Below are positions 27,923 to 38,616 of a stretch of DNA of 64,000 nucleotides, one piece after another. Source of the stretch: Gemmatimonadaceae bacterium. Lineage in GTDB: Bacteria > Gemmatimonadota > Gemmatimonadetes > Gemmatimonadales > Gemmatimonadaceae. The translations under genes were made by a program, and so were the position numbers. The notes beneath the pieces are model-generated. The model saw nothing but the letters and a program-made list of their open reading frames with translations, made no database searches and had not been told where the DNA came from. Numbering within the stretch: position 1 is the first letter of the stretch; each line of letters begins with the position of its first letter. The stretch lies in assembly GCA_045803545.1 (NCBI GenBank), contig JBJMOW010000006.1:198296-262295 (forward strand). Reading direction: 5' to 3'.

Positions 27923-28947
27923 CTCCCCTGCTTTCAATTCGCGATCTCCGTACTTACTTCCACACCGAGGCCGGCGTCGCGCGCTCAGTCGATGGCGTGT
28001 CATTCGATATCGGTGAAGGTGAAACGGTCGGTATCGTTGGTGAGTCGGGCTGTGGCAAGTCGGTCACTGCGTTATCCATTCTGAGATTGATTCAGCCGCC
28101 CGGACGCATCGAGCCCGGCAGCCGCATCGAGTTCGAGGGCACCGATCTGGTGACTCTCGACGATGAAACTATGCGACGCGTTCGCGGTAATCGCATCTCG
28201 ATGATCTTTCAGGAGCCGATGTCCGCGCTCAATCCGGTGTTCAGCATCGGCGACCAGGTCGCCGAAGTTATGCGGATCCACGGCGGCGTCAGCCGCCGCC
28301 AGGCGTGGGACCGCGCGGTGGAGACCCTCGCACTCACAGGTATTCCGTCTCCTGAAGAGCGAGCCAAGCAGTATCCGCATCAATTGTCGGGAGGAATGCG
28401 CCAGCGCGTCCTGATCGCGATGGCGCTGATAATGAAGCCAAAGCTGATCATCGCTGACGAGCCGACGACGGCGCTCGACGTAACCATTCAGGCGCAAATT
28501 CTCGATCTGCTGATGCAGCTCAAGAAAGAGTTCGGCACTTCGATTCTGATGATCACTCACGATCTGGGCGTCATCGCCGAAGTCGCGGAACGTGTCATCG
28601 TGATGTATGCGGGCGAAGTGGTCGAGCAGGCGAACGTCAGCGAGCTGTTTGCGCACCCTCATCACCCTTATACCGAAGGTCTGATGGGATCGATGCCGCA
28701 CATCGGGCACGACACGGCAAGACTGAACGTCATTCCGGGAACGGTGCCCGCGCCCACGCATTGGCCGAGCGGATGCCGTTTCTTCGACCGATGCCGCTAC
28801 TCGTGGGATCGGCCGGAGCACGAGCATCCCCCTCTGTACGATGTGGGCGCGAATCATCAGTCCCGCTGCCATCTCGCGGTCGAACCACAGCATCGTAATC
28901 AGCCACACGAGCCGCTCGTGATTCGCGAAGGAGCCGGCGCAGCATGA
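27919..28947 (+). CDS. Peptide ABC ATPase (OppD/DppD)
   Basis: 'GESGCGKS','LSGGMRQRV','ADEPTTALD','HPYT', C-terminal cysteine motif; ATGA overlap. Confidence 0.94.
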   Translation: MTPLLSIRDLRTYFHTEAGVARSVDGVSFDIGEGETVGIVGESGCGKSVTALSILRLIQPPGRIEPGSRIEFEGTDLVTLDDETMRRVRGNRISMIFQEPMSALNPVFSIGDQVAEVMRIHGGVSRRQAWDRAVETLALTGIPSPEERAKQYPHQLSGGMRQRVLIAMALIMKPKLIIADEPTTALDVTIQAQILDLLMQLKKEFGTSILMITHDLGVIAEVAERVIVMYAGEVVEQANVSELFAHPHHPYTEGLMGSMPHIGHDTARLNVIPGTVPAPTHWPSGCRFFDRCRYSWDRPEHEHPPLYDVGANHQSRCHLAVEPQHRNQPHEPLVIREGAGAA

Positions 28948-30038
28948 GCGTAGCCCCCAGCAGCAGGCCGACGGGAGCGAGCAGCAAGCTCCTTTCCGTT
29001 AAAAATCTCAGCAAGGAATTCCCGATCAAGAAGGGAGTTTTCGCCCGTCAGGTCGGCGCAGTAAAAGCCGTCAACGATGTCTCGCTCGATATCGAACGCG
29101 GCGAGACGCTAGGGGTGGTCGGTGAATCCGGCTGCGGCAAGACGACCACTGGGCGCACGATTCTGCGCTTGCTCGAGCCAACCGCTGGCGAGATAACGTT
29201 CGAAGGCAAAGACGTCCGAGCGCTCGATCGCGGTGACCTCCGCGCATTGCGGCGAGAGATGCAGATCATCTTCCAGGATCCGGTCTCTTCGCTCAATCCG
29301 CGCATGACCGTCGGCGCTATCATCCGCGAAGGCTTGACCATCCACAAGCTGGCTGAAGGCGCCGCCGCAGACACGCGAGTGAGCCAGCTGCTGCAGGAAG
29401 TTGGTCTCCGCGCTGAATACGCCAACCGCTATCCACACGAGTTTTCCGGCGGCCAGCGCCAGCGCATTGGCATCGCCCGCGCACTCTCCGTCGAGCCCAA
29501 GTTCATCGTTTGCGACGAGCCGGTTTCTGCGCTCGACGTGTCGGTGCAGGCACAGGTGATCAACCTGCTCGAAGATCTGCAGCGCGACCACGACCTCACT
29601 TACATGTTCATCGCTCACGACTTGTCGGTGGTCGAACACATTGCCGATCGCGTCGCGGTGATGTACCTCGGAAAAGTCGTCGAGCTCGCGACTGCCGACG
29701 ATCTTTATCGCGAGCCGCTGATGCCGTACACCCAGGCATTGCTGTCCGCTGTTCCGGTCGCGGATCCCAAGGCGCGCAAGCAGCGAATAATTCTCGAGGG
29801 GGATGTACCTTCACCTGCCAGTCCTCCGCCGGGCTGCGTTTTCCATCCACGCTGCCATCATCCAGCGAAGGACGTTGCATGCATGAAGATCGTGCCGCCG
29901 CTCGAGGAAAAGACGCCCGGACACTTTGCGGCATGCATTAAGCAGCCGCCGACGACGGTGAGCTGGGAGCAACAAAGAGAAGTCGGTGGCGTACATCCTC
30001 CAGAGCGGTACTTGCCGCTCGCAGCCGTTCACGGTTAG
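28944..30038 (+). CDS. Peptide ABC ATPase (OppF/DppF)
   Basis: 'GESGCGKTT','[13 protein letters not shown]','[13 protein letters not shown]','GCVFHPRC'. Confidence 0.94.
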   Translation: MSVAPSSRPTGASSKLLSVKNLSKEFPIKKGVFARQVGAVKAVNDVSLDIERGETLGVVGESGCGKTTTGRTILRLLEPTAGEITFEGKDVRALDRGDLRALRREMQIIFQDPVSSLNPRMTVGAIIREGLTIHKLAEGAAADTRVSQLLQEVGLRAEYANRYPHEFSGGQRQRIGIARALSVEPKFIVCDEPVSALDVSVQAQVINLLEDLQRDHDLTYMFIAHDLSVVEHIADRVAVMYLGKVVELATADDLYREPLMPYTQALLSAVPVADPKARKQRIILEGDVPSPASPPPGCVFHPRCHHPAKDVACMKIVPPLEEKTPGHFAACIKQPPTTVSWEQQREVGGVHPPERYLPLAAVHG

Positions 30039-30058
30039 CAACCTCAGAGTCAGCGACC

Positions 30059-31645
30059 ATGGCGAAACGCGACAAAGACGTTTTCGAGCAGCCTTCGGCA
30101 GCCACCGTCACCCATGACGAGCCGCCTCCGGCGATCGGTCGGGGCGTAAGCGAGCAGCGCTTCTTCGGTCATCCTGTTGGCCTCAGTACCCTCTTCTTCA
30201 CCGAGATGTGGGAGCGGTTCTCGTACTACGGAATCCGTCCGCTGCTCGTGCTGTTCATGACCGCCGCCCTCACCCAGGGCGGTTTTGGCTTCGAGCGGGC
30301 GACTGCTTCATCGATCGTCGGCATCTACGCCGCCTGCGTCTACCTCGCCTCGCTCCCCGGTGGATGGATCGCCGATCGCTGGCTTGGACTTCGTCGCTCG
30401 ATCTGGTACGGCGGAATTTTCATCGCGCTCGGCCACCTCTCGATCGCGCTCTCGATTGTCTTCGAGCAGTCAGCTTTTTTCATCGGCCTGATACTCATCG
30501 TCATCGGCACCGGACTGCTGAAGCCGAACGTCTCGGCGATCGTCGGCGATCTTTACCCTGAAGGCGGATCCCGGCGTGACGCAGGGTTCTCGATTTTTTA
30601 CATGGGCATCAACACCGGCGCGCTGGTCGCTCCACTCATCACTGGCGTGCTTGGCGAGAAAGTAGGTTGGCACCTTGGGTTCGGAGCCGCGGGCGTCGGC
30701 ATGTTGATCGGACTCATCACGTATCGACTGCGCGCCGACAAGACGCTCGGCGACATTGGAGTAATGCCGGCGTCTTCGAATCCCGCTGAGCATCGCCGCG
30801 TGAAGCTGTCAGCCCTCATCGGCGTCGCAGCGATTGCCCTGCTGGTTGTGCTGACGATGGGCGGAGTCATTCATATCAACCCGGTCTCGCTCGCCGAGAA
30901 GATGAGCTTGATCATGCTGGCCCTCGCGCTGGTGTATTTCGTTTATCTGTTCGTCGGCGGCGGGCTCACGACCGAAGAGAAGAAGCGAGTAGTGGTGATC
31001 ATTCTGCTTTTCTTCTTCGCGACAATCTTCTGGGCGGCGTTCGAGCAGGCGCCGACTTCGCTCAACCTTTTTGCCCGCGATTACACCAATCGCGTGGTGT
31101 TCGGGTGGGAAATGCCCACGTTGTGGCTGCAAGCCGCAAACTCAGTGTTCGTGATCGCGCTCGCTCCAGTCTTTGCGTGGCTCTGGATCGCACTTGGCAG
31201 ACGCGGTAAGGATCCGTCGAGCGTCGCGAAGTTCGCGTGGGGGCTTTTCTTCGCCGGCCTCGGCTTCGTAGTGATGTGGGAAGCTGCCAACATCATCATC
31301 AACAACGGTGGCAACATTCGGGTGTCCCCGTGGTGGCTGGTTTGGAGTTACTTCTTCCAGAGCGTGGGCGAGCTTTCGCTCAGCCCGGTCGGCCTAAGCT
31401 CAATGACCAAGCTTGCGCCGTCCAAGTTCAAGGGACAGATGATGGGCGTCTGGTTCATGGCCTCTGCCATCGGCAACCTGATCGCCGGACTCGTCGGCGG
31501 AAAAGTCGATCCCGAAAAACTCGACCAGATGCCGCTACTGTTCCGCCAGACGTCGATCTCGCTCTTCATCGCAGCGGTGGTGTGCGGGCTGCTGGTATTC
31601 GCTGTGCGGCGAATGATGAAAGGAGTGCCTGCCGGGCAGCGCTAG
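30059..31645 (+). CDS. POT/PTR family proton-dependent di/tripeptide transporter
   Basis: ExxERFxYY motif 'EMWERFSYYG','GTGLLKPN','FSIFYMGINTG','GELSLSPVGLS'. Confidence 0.95.
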   Translation: MAKRDKDVFEQPSAATVTHDEPPPAIGRGVSEQRFFGHPVGLSTLFFTEMWERFSYYGIRPLLVLFMTAALTQGGFGFERATASSIVGIYAACVYLASLPGGWIADRWLGLRRSIWYGGIFIALGHLSIALSIVFEQSAFFIGLILIVIGTGLLKPNVSAIVGDLYPEGGSRRDAGFSIFYMGINTGALVAPLITGVLGEKVGWHLGFGAAGVGMLIGLITYRLRADKTLGDIGVMPASSNPAEHRRVKLSALIGVAAIALLVVLTMGGVIHINPVSLAEKMSLIMLALALVYFVYLFVGGGLTTEEKKRVVVIILLFFFATIFWAAFEQAPTSLNLFARDYTNRVVFGWEMPTLWLQAANSVFVIALAPVFAWLWIALGRRGKDPSSVAKFAWGLFFAGLGFVVMWEAANIIINNGGNIRVSPWWLVWSYFFQSVGELSLSPVGLSSMTKLAPSKFKGQMMGVWFMASAIGNLIAGLVGGKVDPEKLDQMPLLFRQTSISLFIAAVVCGLLVFAVRRMMKGVPAGQR

Positions 31646-31710
31646 CGGTTTGTGCAATTCGTCGATCCGCTAGCGTCTGAAGGTTGGACCAATCAACGCT
31701 AGGAGGATTA

Positions 31711-32445
31711 ATGCTCAAACTCTGGTTCGTTGCGGTTTTGTTGGTTACCTCCGCTCCTGCGCTTCGATCGCAGGTTCAGATCCCCACTGACCGTGAGCCT
31801 GAAATCGCTGCGACTGGACGCGGAGAAGTTCGATTAGCACCCGACTACGCCTATGTCACCATTGGTGTGCGCACTCAGTCGTCCAGCGGCGCTGAAACAG
31901 CATCTCAAAACGCGGCCAAAGCCGCCGCGATCATCTCCGCACTGCAATCGCTTGGGCTAACGCAGCAGCAGATCAACACCACGGGTTATGCGCTGGAGCA
32001 GACGTACGACTACCCGAAAAACGGAACGCCACGCCTGACTGGCTTTGTCGCCCACAACACCATACGCGTCGAAGTGCGAAGACTGGACGACCTTGGAAAG
32101 GTGATTGACGGCGCAATCGCTGCTGGAGCGACCGACATCAGCTCGATTCAGTTCCTGGCCGGCAACACCGACGATGCACGCCGAACCGCACTTGCCGCTG
32201 CCATGAAACAGGCGCGTATGGATGCCGACGTTATTGCCCGCGCCGCCGGCGGCACTGTGGGCCGACTTCTGTCGGTGAGCTTCACGTCGGCGCAGCCGAT
32301 TCTTCTTCGCGGGGCTACCCTGGAGAGTGTTACGGTCACGTCGGGAGGTATGCCTCAGATGCCGACACCGGTCAACCCGGGGGAGCTCAATGTCTCAGCC
32401 CAGGTTTTCACCCGGTGGCAGTTCGTCTCAGCGCCAAATCACTGA
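31711..32445 (+). CDS. SIMPL (DUF541) domain periplasmic protein
   Basis: 'ATGRGEVRLAPDYA','LGKVIDGAIAAGA','ARRTALAAAMKQARMDA..IARAAG'; AGGAGG before ATG 31711. Confidence 0.88.
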   Translation: MLKLWFVAVLLVTSAPALRSQVQIPTDREPEIAATGRGEVRLAPDYAYVTIGVRTQSSSGAETASQNAAKAAAIISALQSLGLTQQQINTTGYALEQTYDYPKNGTPRLTGFVAHNTIRVEVRRLDDLGKVIDGAIAAGATDISSIQFLAGNTDDARRTALAAAMKQARMDADVIARAAGGTVGRLLSVSFTSAQPILLRGATLESVTVTSGGMPQMPTPVNPGELNVSAQVFTRWQFVSAPNH

Positions 32446-32454
32446 CAACGATGA

Positions 32455-34182
32455 TCATGGCCAATTAAAGATCGACGACGGAACCGACCTCTCGCGATTG
32501 TAGAAGATGTCGCGCGGCTCGATGCGGAAGATTCGAGTGAAATCGTTCGCAACAAAACGAACCTCCCAGCGGTGACCATGGGGACCACGAACGGGGAACG
32601 CAACATCGAGCCGCGCCGTACGGCGTGACTGAGGCGGCGACGCAGCCAGCAGGCTGACGCCTACAGAGCCCGACCAGGGCGTAGTCTGGCCGAACGGTGA
32701 GTCCCCAGCCCACAGTTTGCCCGCGTCCGCCCATCCCGCAACGGCAACAGTTGCAAAGGTTTTGTAGCGGCCGATGAGGTAGCGGTCCTCCGCTCTGGCG
32801 ACGATACGACGCGCGCCACCGACGTCTGAATCTCTGAATCCGCGCAGACCTCCGTCACGATCCGCGAAAGAGAGTTGAAACGGAATTCTCTGCTTCCATC
32901 CGCCGCTGAATGTGAGATCGGTCATCACGGTCTGCCGATTGAACGGTTTGAGGTAGACCGCACCGCGGCCGTGAGCGAGCATTCCGTCGTAATTGCCATC
33001 TTCGTCGCGACGACCCTCGCCGGCGAGCTCCATCGCCATGTAGGAAATTGGCGTTGCCAGGCCGCCGAAAATGTTCGTCGATCCAAACCAGTCCTGCTCC
33101 TTACCGCGCAGGAATGTCACGCCCTTTCCAAGGAGCGTCGCGACCTGTACGCCCGTGCGCAGATCTTCGGTGCCTTCGAGCGCGTCGAATCCGCTCACCC
33201 GCAGGAAGTGCACGTTGCGAAGCCCCCACAGCCCGTTGATGCGCGCGGTCTGATGCTTCGTGTAACGGTTGATCAACGCTGTGCTCGTGTCGGGAAGGAC
33301 GCCAAGGTCGCTCACCGTCACCGGCGTCGACGACGGACTCTCATCCTCGAACGACAACGATCCACCGATCAACGCCAGTCGCCCCTGCGGCGGACCGATG
33401 CGAGCTACGCCACCGACGTCACTATAAGAACGAATGAGCTTCAGCGCCGATGGATCAGCACCGGGCCGGCGAAAATAGAAGTACCCGTTCTGATTGCCGG
33501 CGGTCGTTCGCCACGACAGTCGTTGCAGGTCCGTCAGAAAAGGGTGACTGAGCTCCGTTCTCCAGTCACTGCCGAGATCACGTCGTCCACCTTCCGCCGA
33601 CAGTTGATACGGACGACCGAGGAACTGGTAGTCGACGAACTTTCCGGCAAACTCATCGCGGAATGGCTCCCGCCCCTTTCTCCAGACGCCGTCGAGATGA
33701 ATCGCGGCGCCCATCAGGTTGTCTTCGCCGAGCTGCAACGCGTGGATTGCGCCCGCGCTGCCGCCGAGTCCAGCGCCGAGAATCAGCGAGACTTCATCGA
33801 CTGTCGTGACCAGCAGAGTGACGCCACCGTTGCCGTCAGGGTACGCAAGCACGCTCGCGTCGGCGATGAACGGCTGGGATCGGAGAATGCGCTCGGTCTC
33901 CGTTCTCCTCAACTCAGTGCAGCGGTCGCCCAACTGGAGCGCGAGGTAACGCCTGATGACCGACTCACGGGTTGTCTTATGCTGCTTCGCCGCGAAACGG
34001 CCAGCGCGCTGCAGGATGTTGTCGCCGGTGACTCTGAACGGCGGGTTCGGATCGATCTCAATCCGACTGATGCGCTCCCCCTTGCAGCTAACCGGCAGGC
34101 TATTCAGGTTTTGAGGCTCAGCCACTGTCGCCGATGCGGCGGCGAAGAGCAGTGCCAACGAACCCTGTCGAAGAGAGATCAC
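32455..34182 (-). CDS. Omp85 (BamA/TamA-like) outer membrane protein with POTRA-like domain
   Basis: 'TRESVIRRYL...ETERILRSQPFI' POTRA-like,'EDNLMG', barrel lid motif 'GGLRGF','WADAGKLW','RLDVAFP'. Confidence 0.75.
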   Translation of the reverse strand: MISLRQGSLALLFAAASATVAEPQNLNSLPVSCKGERISRIEIDPNPPFRVTGDNILQRAGRFAAKQHKTTRESVIRRYLALQLGDRCTELRRTETERILRSQPFIADASVLAYPDGNGGVTLLVTTVDEVSLILGAGLGGSAGAIHALQLGEDNLMGAAIHLDGVWRKGREPFRDEFAGKFVDYQFLGRPYQLSAEGGRRDLGSDWRTELSHPFLTDLQRLSWRTTAGNQNGYFYFRRPGADPSALKLIRSYSDVGGVARIGPPQGRLALIGGSLSFEDESPSSTPVTVSDLGVLPDTSTALINRYTKHQTARINGLWGLRNVHFLRVSGFDALEGTEDLRTGVQVATLLGKGVTFLRGKEQDWFGSTNIFGGLATPISYMAMELAGEGRRDEDGNYDGMLAHGRGAVYLKPFNRQTVMTDLTFSGGWKQRIPFQLSFADRDGGLRGFRDSDVGGARRIVARAEDRYLIGRYKTFATVAVAGWADAGKLWAGDSPFGQTTPWSGSVGVSLLAASPPQSRRTARLDVAFPVRGPHGHRWEVRFVANDFTRIFRIEPRDIFYNRERSVPSSIFNWP

Positions 34183-34184
34183 TC

Positions 34185-34925
34185 GTGTTGTCCGCGCGCA
34201 AGCCGGTTCCAGCCTGCACAGTTGCTGTTACCGCTAGCATTCGCCCCGATGGCGATACTAGTCGTGTCCGGCTAACCGCCGCTTACGTCACCGCGCTGGA
34301 AAATGCAGGGCTCGTACCACTCATCGTACCTCCACTTTCCGACGCCGACGCAGCATCGTCGGTGCTCGACTCGGTCGCTGGCCTCGTACTCACCGGCGGC
34401 GAAGACGTGGATCCCGCGCGATACGGCGAAGAACGCCACGCAAAAGTACGCTCGGTGAACCCCGCGCGCGATGCGACGGAAGCAGCCCTGATCGAAGAAG
34501 CGCGCGCGCGCGGAACACCCGTGCTCGCCATTTGTCGTGGCATTCAGATTCTCAACGTTGCACTGGGTGGAACGCTCGTGCAGGACATTCCTACACAATG
34601 CGACACCAAAATCGATCATGATGAGGACAGCGCGCGGACCACTCGTTCGCACGAGGTCGACATCGAGCCCGACTCGCTGATCGCGAAAGCGGTCGGCGCC
34701 GATCATGTCATCGTGAATTCATTTCATCACCAGTCAGTGAAAGAGGTCGCTGAGGGAATGCGCGTGACGGCGCGCTCACCCGACGGTGTGATCGAGGGTA
34801 TCGAATCCACCGACGAGGATTGGTGGGTGATGGGTGTTCAATGGCATCCCGAGGAAATGACGGATTCACCCGAGCCGTGGGATCGCGGTCTGTTCAAGGC
34901 ATTCGCGAGGCAGCTTCAGTCGTAG
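34185..34925 (+). CDS. Peptidase C26 / PuuD-like class I glutamine amidotransferase-fold hydrolase
   Basis: 'LVLTGGEDVDPARYG', nucleophile 'AICRGIQILNVALGGTL','VNSFHHQ','GVQWHPE'; start approximate. Confidence 0.9.
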   Translation: MLSARKPVPACTVAVTASIRPDGDTSRVRLTAAYVTALENAGLVPLIVPPLSDADAASSVLDSVAGLVLTGGEDVDPARYGEERHAKVRSVNPARDATEAALIEEARARGTPVLAICRGIQILNVALGGTLVQDIPTQCDTKIDHDEDSARTTRSHEVDIEPDSLIAKAVGADHVIVNSFHHQSVKEVAEGMRVTARSPDGVIEGIESTDEDWWVMGVQWHPEEMTDSPEPWDRGLFKAFARQLQS

Positions 34926-35986
34926 TGACACTCCCCCGGATTCTTCACGTCGATTCGGGGCGCAGCTGGCGTGGCGGCCAACGTCAGGTATTTCTGCTCG
35001 CCACCGGACTTCGCGATCTCGGCTATCGGACTCTGATCGTTGGGCCTACCGGCTCGCCGCTCATTCGCAAAGCGGATCAGGCCGGTATTCCTACTTACCG
35101 CCTGACAATTCGCGGCGAATGGGACATTCGATCAGCGCGTGAGCTGCGCGCTGTCGCCCGAGAATGGGATGCGGGCATCATGCACGCGCACGACGCACGC
35201 TCGCACTCCATCGCAAGACTGGCCTTGCTGGGCAAACGCAAGACAAAGCTCGTCGTCACACGACGCGTTGCTTTCCCGCCCAAACAGGTATGGATCAAGT
35301 ACCGACACGGTGTGGACGCATTCATCGCGATCTCGAATGCAGTGAAGACGGCGATGGTGAAAGCGGGGGTGCCGGCGAGTCGCATCGAGCTCGTCTACTC
35401 CGGCGTTCCGGTACCCGGTGTCAAACGACCGCGCAACTGGCGACGCGAGCGCGGCTGGCCCGCCAGCGCCGTCATCTGTGGCATCGTCGGAGCGATGACC
35501 CAGGAAAAAGGGCTCGACTACGTTTCCGGCATCGCGCGCCGCCTGCCGGGTGAGCTGTTCCGTCGCACACGCATCGTCCTGCTCGGCGGCAAGGGCAAAG
35601 GCGGCACGACGATATCTGGCGTCGAGAGCTTCGACGCGGGGTTCGTCGAAGAGATCCACGATGCGATGTCAGGCCTGGATGTACTCTGGCATCCAGCGCG
35701 TTCCGAAGGACTCGGCACTGCCGTTATCGACGCGATGGCACTCGGGGTGCCACCAATCGCCTTTGCCGTGGGTGGACTGCCTGAAGTAATCGAAGACGGT
35801 AAGAGCGGTCTGCTGGTAGATGCCGGCGATGTCGCAGCATTCGTTCGCGCTGCGGCTGCCCTCATCGGTGACGATGGATTGCGCGCGATGCTCGCCGACG
35901 GCGCACGTCAGCGGGCGCGCGAATTCGACGCCCAGCGCATGATCGAACGGACAGCTGAGGTGTACAATAGAATACTTGCGGGGTAG
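34925..35986 (+). CDS. Glycosyltransferase family 4
   Basis: 'LHVDSGRSWRGGQRQV','HAHDARSH','SEGLGTAVIDAMALGVP','GGLPEVIEDGKSGLLV'. Confidence 0.9.
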   Translation: MTLPRILHVDSGRSWRGGQRQVFLLATGLRDLGYRTLIVGPTGSPLIRKADQAGIPTYRLTIRGEWDIRSARELRAVAREWDAGIMHAHDARSHSIARLALLGKRKTKLVVTRRVAFPPKQVWIKYRHGVDAFIAISNAVKTAMVKAGVPASRIELVYSGVPVPGVKRPRNWRRERGWPASAVICGIVGAMTQEKGLDYVSGIARRLPGELFRRTRIVLLGGKGKGGTTISGVESFDAGFVEEIHDAMSGLDVLWHPARSEGLGTAVIDAMALGVPPIAFAVGGLPEVIEDGKSGLLVDAGDVAAFVRAAAALIGDDGLRAMLADGARQRAREFDAQRMIERTAEVYNRILAG

Positions 35987-36071
35987 CGACTGGCTGGCAG
36001 AGGCTCCTATTTTGCCTGTTAGACCCCTGTAAGCAGTGGCCCACCGTCGTATCCACCGCAACGGAAATCTT

Positions 36072-36818
36072 TTGCTCTATATCTGCATCCCGACCTACAA
36101 CGAAGGTCAAACCGTTGGTGTGCTCCTTTGGCGCATCCGCCGGGTGTTCCAGGACTATTCGCGCGAGTATGAGATCGTCGTTTACGACGACGGCAGTACG
36201 GACGGCACGCGCGAAGCGCTCGAGCCGTACGCCGAGGTCATTCCGCTGACGATTCTTGGCGGTGACACGCGTATGGGTTACGGTGCAGCGCTGGAGAAGC
36301 TCGTTCGCGAAGTGTCGCGTAAAACGCGATACGCGCGCAGAGATGCGCTGATCGTGATGCAGGCAGATTTTACGGATCAGCCCGAGCACATTCCGGAGCT
36401 GGTGAAACGCTTCGAAGGCGGAGCCGACATCGTGGCCGCCAAGCAGGAACTCAACGACGCTCCGCCAGCGGTCCGCCGGCTGCGTCGATTCGCAGACTGG
36501 ATTCAGCGCACAGTTCCCCGGACCGACGCTGAAGATCCATTTACCACTTACCGCCTTTATCGCATCTCGGTTTTGCGTGAGATGCTGAAAGCGATTGGAG
36601 ATCAGGCGGTCATCACCAGCACCGGCTGGGCGGCAAACATGGAATTGCTGCTCAAGGCGCGGCGTTTCGCGCGTCGCGTCGAGAACGTCGATCTCGCACC
36701 GCGCTACGACGTCCGTCAGCGGCCAAGCCGAATCCGTCCGGTTGCCGATGCGCTGTCGCTCTTCCGTTTCAGCAGACGCGCCCGCTCGCTCGCTGCAGCA
36801 ACTGGAGGCGCGGCGTGA
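36072..36818 (+). CDS. Glycosyltransferase family 2 (DPM1-like)
   Basis: 'ICIPTYNE','EIVVYDDGSTDGT','MGYGAAL'; the DxD position reads 'MQAD'. Confidence 0.85.
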   Translation: MLYICIPTYNEGQTVGVLLWRIRRVFQDYSREYEIVVYDDGSTDGTREALEPYAEVIPLTILGGDTRMGYGAALEKLVREVSRKTRYARRDALIVMQADFTDQPEHIPELVKRFEGGADIVAAKQELNDAPPAVRRLRRFADWIQRTVPRTDAEDPFTTYRLYRISVLREMLKAIGDQAVITSTGWAANMELLLKARRFARRVENVDLAPRYDVRQRPSRIRPVADALSLFRFSRRARSLAAATGGAA

Positions 36819-37618
36819 ACCACTCAGTGAAATTGCGTTTCAAAACCGTGACTTTCTCAATGGGCGCTGCACTTGTTCTGTTGATGTCGGCAACGACCGC
36901 GTTCGGTCAGGCTCAGACGGCATCGAACACATCGGTTCGTCACGCCAAAGTACCGTTCGGTGTCGGTGAGCGTCTCGAGTACGACGTCAAGTTCGGCTTT
37001 GTCAGAGTTGGGAATGCGCACATGGAGGTTGTCGGCCTCGACAACCTGCGTGGCCGCCCGGTCTGGCACACCGCCTTCTACGTTAGAGGCGGCAACTTCA
37101 TGTATCGTGTCAACGACGTCTACGAGAGCTGGATGGACGCGGAGACGCTGTCGTCATTGCGCTTCGTGCAGGAGCTGGAAGAAGGCGGCAAGGAGACCGA
37201 GCGCCACTTCGAGATTTATCCCGAGCGGTCGATTTTCATTCAGACGTCGAAGAAGCCCGAGAAGGAAGAGGCATCAGTCAGTCAACCGCTGGACGACGGC
37301 TCGTTCCTGTACTTCCTGCGCACGATTCCGCTGGAAGTGGGCAAGACCTACGATTTCAATCGCTACTTCCGCCCGGATCGAAATCCGGTGCGAATCAGGG
37401 TGTTGCGTAAGGAGCGCGTGAAGGTGCCGGCAGGAACGTTCGACGCTATCGTCGTTCAGCCCGTCATCAAGACGAAAGGAATCTTTTCCGAGAATGGACA
37501 TGCTGAAGTCTGGCTCAGCGACGACGATCGACATATCATGCTGCAGCTGAAGTCCGCGCTGTCCTTCGGTTCACTGAATCTTTATCTCAAGTCTTACGTC
37601 CCATCGCCGAATCCCTAG
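36815..37618 (+). CDS. DUF3108 domain exported protein
   Basis: Signal peptide,'PFGVGERLEYDVKFG','SFLYFLR','ERVKVPAGTFDAI.V.P','EVWLSDD'. Confidence 0.82.
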   Translation: MNHSVKLRFKTVTFSMGAALVLLMSATTAFGQAQTASNTSVRHAKVPFGVGERLEYDVKFGFVRVGNAHMEVVGLDNLRGRPVWHTAFYVRGGNFMYRVNDVYESWMDAETLSSLRFVQELEEGGKETERHFEIYPERSIFIQTSKKPEKEEASVSQPLDDGSFLYFLRTIPLEVGKTYDFNRYFRPDRNPVRIRVLRKERVKVPAGTFDAIVVQPVIKTKGIFSENGHAEVWLSDDDRHIMLQLKSALSFGSLNLYLKSYVPSPNP

Positions 37619-38598
37619 GCGGTAAGCGCAAGTCCCGCGACTCTCGCGGAAAGACCGAGGAAGCAGATCTTTCCAAGGTCAGGACGATTCCCATTGAGCG
37701 CCGGCCGAACAAGGTCGCTGCCCGAGAGTTCGCCTCCCCTCCCGGCAAGGACCGCAGCTTCGCCGCGTTCCTGAAATCGCTCCCCGACGTTCTCGTCGCG
37801 CGCGATTTCCTTAAGGTTATCGAAGCCATCGCAGCCGCTGCTCAGCGCAAGCGCGCCGTTGTCGTGATGCTCGGCGGCCATGTCGTGAAGACAGGCCTCG
37901 CGCCACTGTTGATCGAGCTCATGAAGCGCGGTGTCGTCACGCACCTCGCCATGAACGGCTCGGCCGCGATTCACGACTACGAGATCGCGCGGTTTGGCGC
38001 CACATCGGAAGACGTCGCTCGCGGTCTGGTCGACGGCACGTTCGGCATGGCCGATGAGACCGGGCGCGGCATGAACGAGGCCTTCGCCGCCGGCATGAAG
38101 CAGGAATGGGGAATGGGCGAATCGCTCGCGCGTGCGCTCGAGGATTCGGAGCTCTCCAATCCCGAGCTTTCGGTTCTTCTCGCTGCGTACGGCCTCGGGA
38201 TTCCGTGCACTGTCCACGCCGCGCTCGGCGCCGAGATCATTCACCAGCACCCTGCGACGAGCGGCGCCGCGATCGGAGATACGAGCCACCGCGATTTCCG
38301 CCGTCTCGCCGCTTCGTTGCCCAAGCTTCATGACGGTGGTGTTGTGCTAAATCTCGGCAGCGCCGTGATAATGCCCGAAGTCTTTCTCAAGGCGCTCACG
38401 ATTGCGCGTAACCTGAATGGTGGCCAACCCACCAACTTCGTGACCTGCGATCTCGACATGCAGCGCCACTATCGCCCGCGCGTAAACGTCGTCCAGCGGC
38501 CGACTCAATTCAGTGGCAAAGGTTACGAGATCACCGGTCACCATGAGATCATGGTGCCGCTGCTGACTTGGGGAGTTGTTGAAGCGCTCGACGTTTGA
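37615..38598 (+). CDS. Deoxyhypusine-synthase-like fold conserved hypothetical protein; start codon unresolved
   Basis: Open frame from about 37615 encodes 'EADLSKVRTIPIERRPNKV...LPDVL' before 'MLGGHVVKTG','AMNGSAAIHDYE','NLGSAVIMPEVFLKAL','GHHEIMVPLL'; first canonical start is only at 37864. Confidence 0.65.
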   Translation, partial: LGGKRKSRDSRGKTEEADLSKVRTIPIERRPNKVAAREFASPPGKDRSFAAFLKSLPDVLVARDFLKVIEAIAAAAQRKRAVVVMLGGHVVKTGLAPLLIELMKRGVVTHLAMNGSAAIHDYEIARFGATSEDVARGLVDGTFGMADETGRGMNEAFAAGMKQEWGMGESLARALEDSELSNPELSVLLAAYGLGIPCTVHAALGAEIIHQHPATSGAAIGDTSHRDFRRLAASLPKLHDGGVVLNLGSAVIMPEVFLKALTIARNLNGGQPTNFVTCDLDMQRHYRPRVNVVQRPTQFSGKGYEITGHHEIMVPLLTWGVVEALDV

Positions 38599-38616
38599 CT
38601 ACGGACTCTAGAAGCG

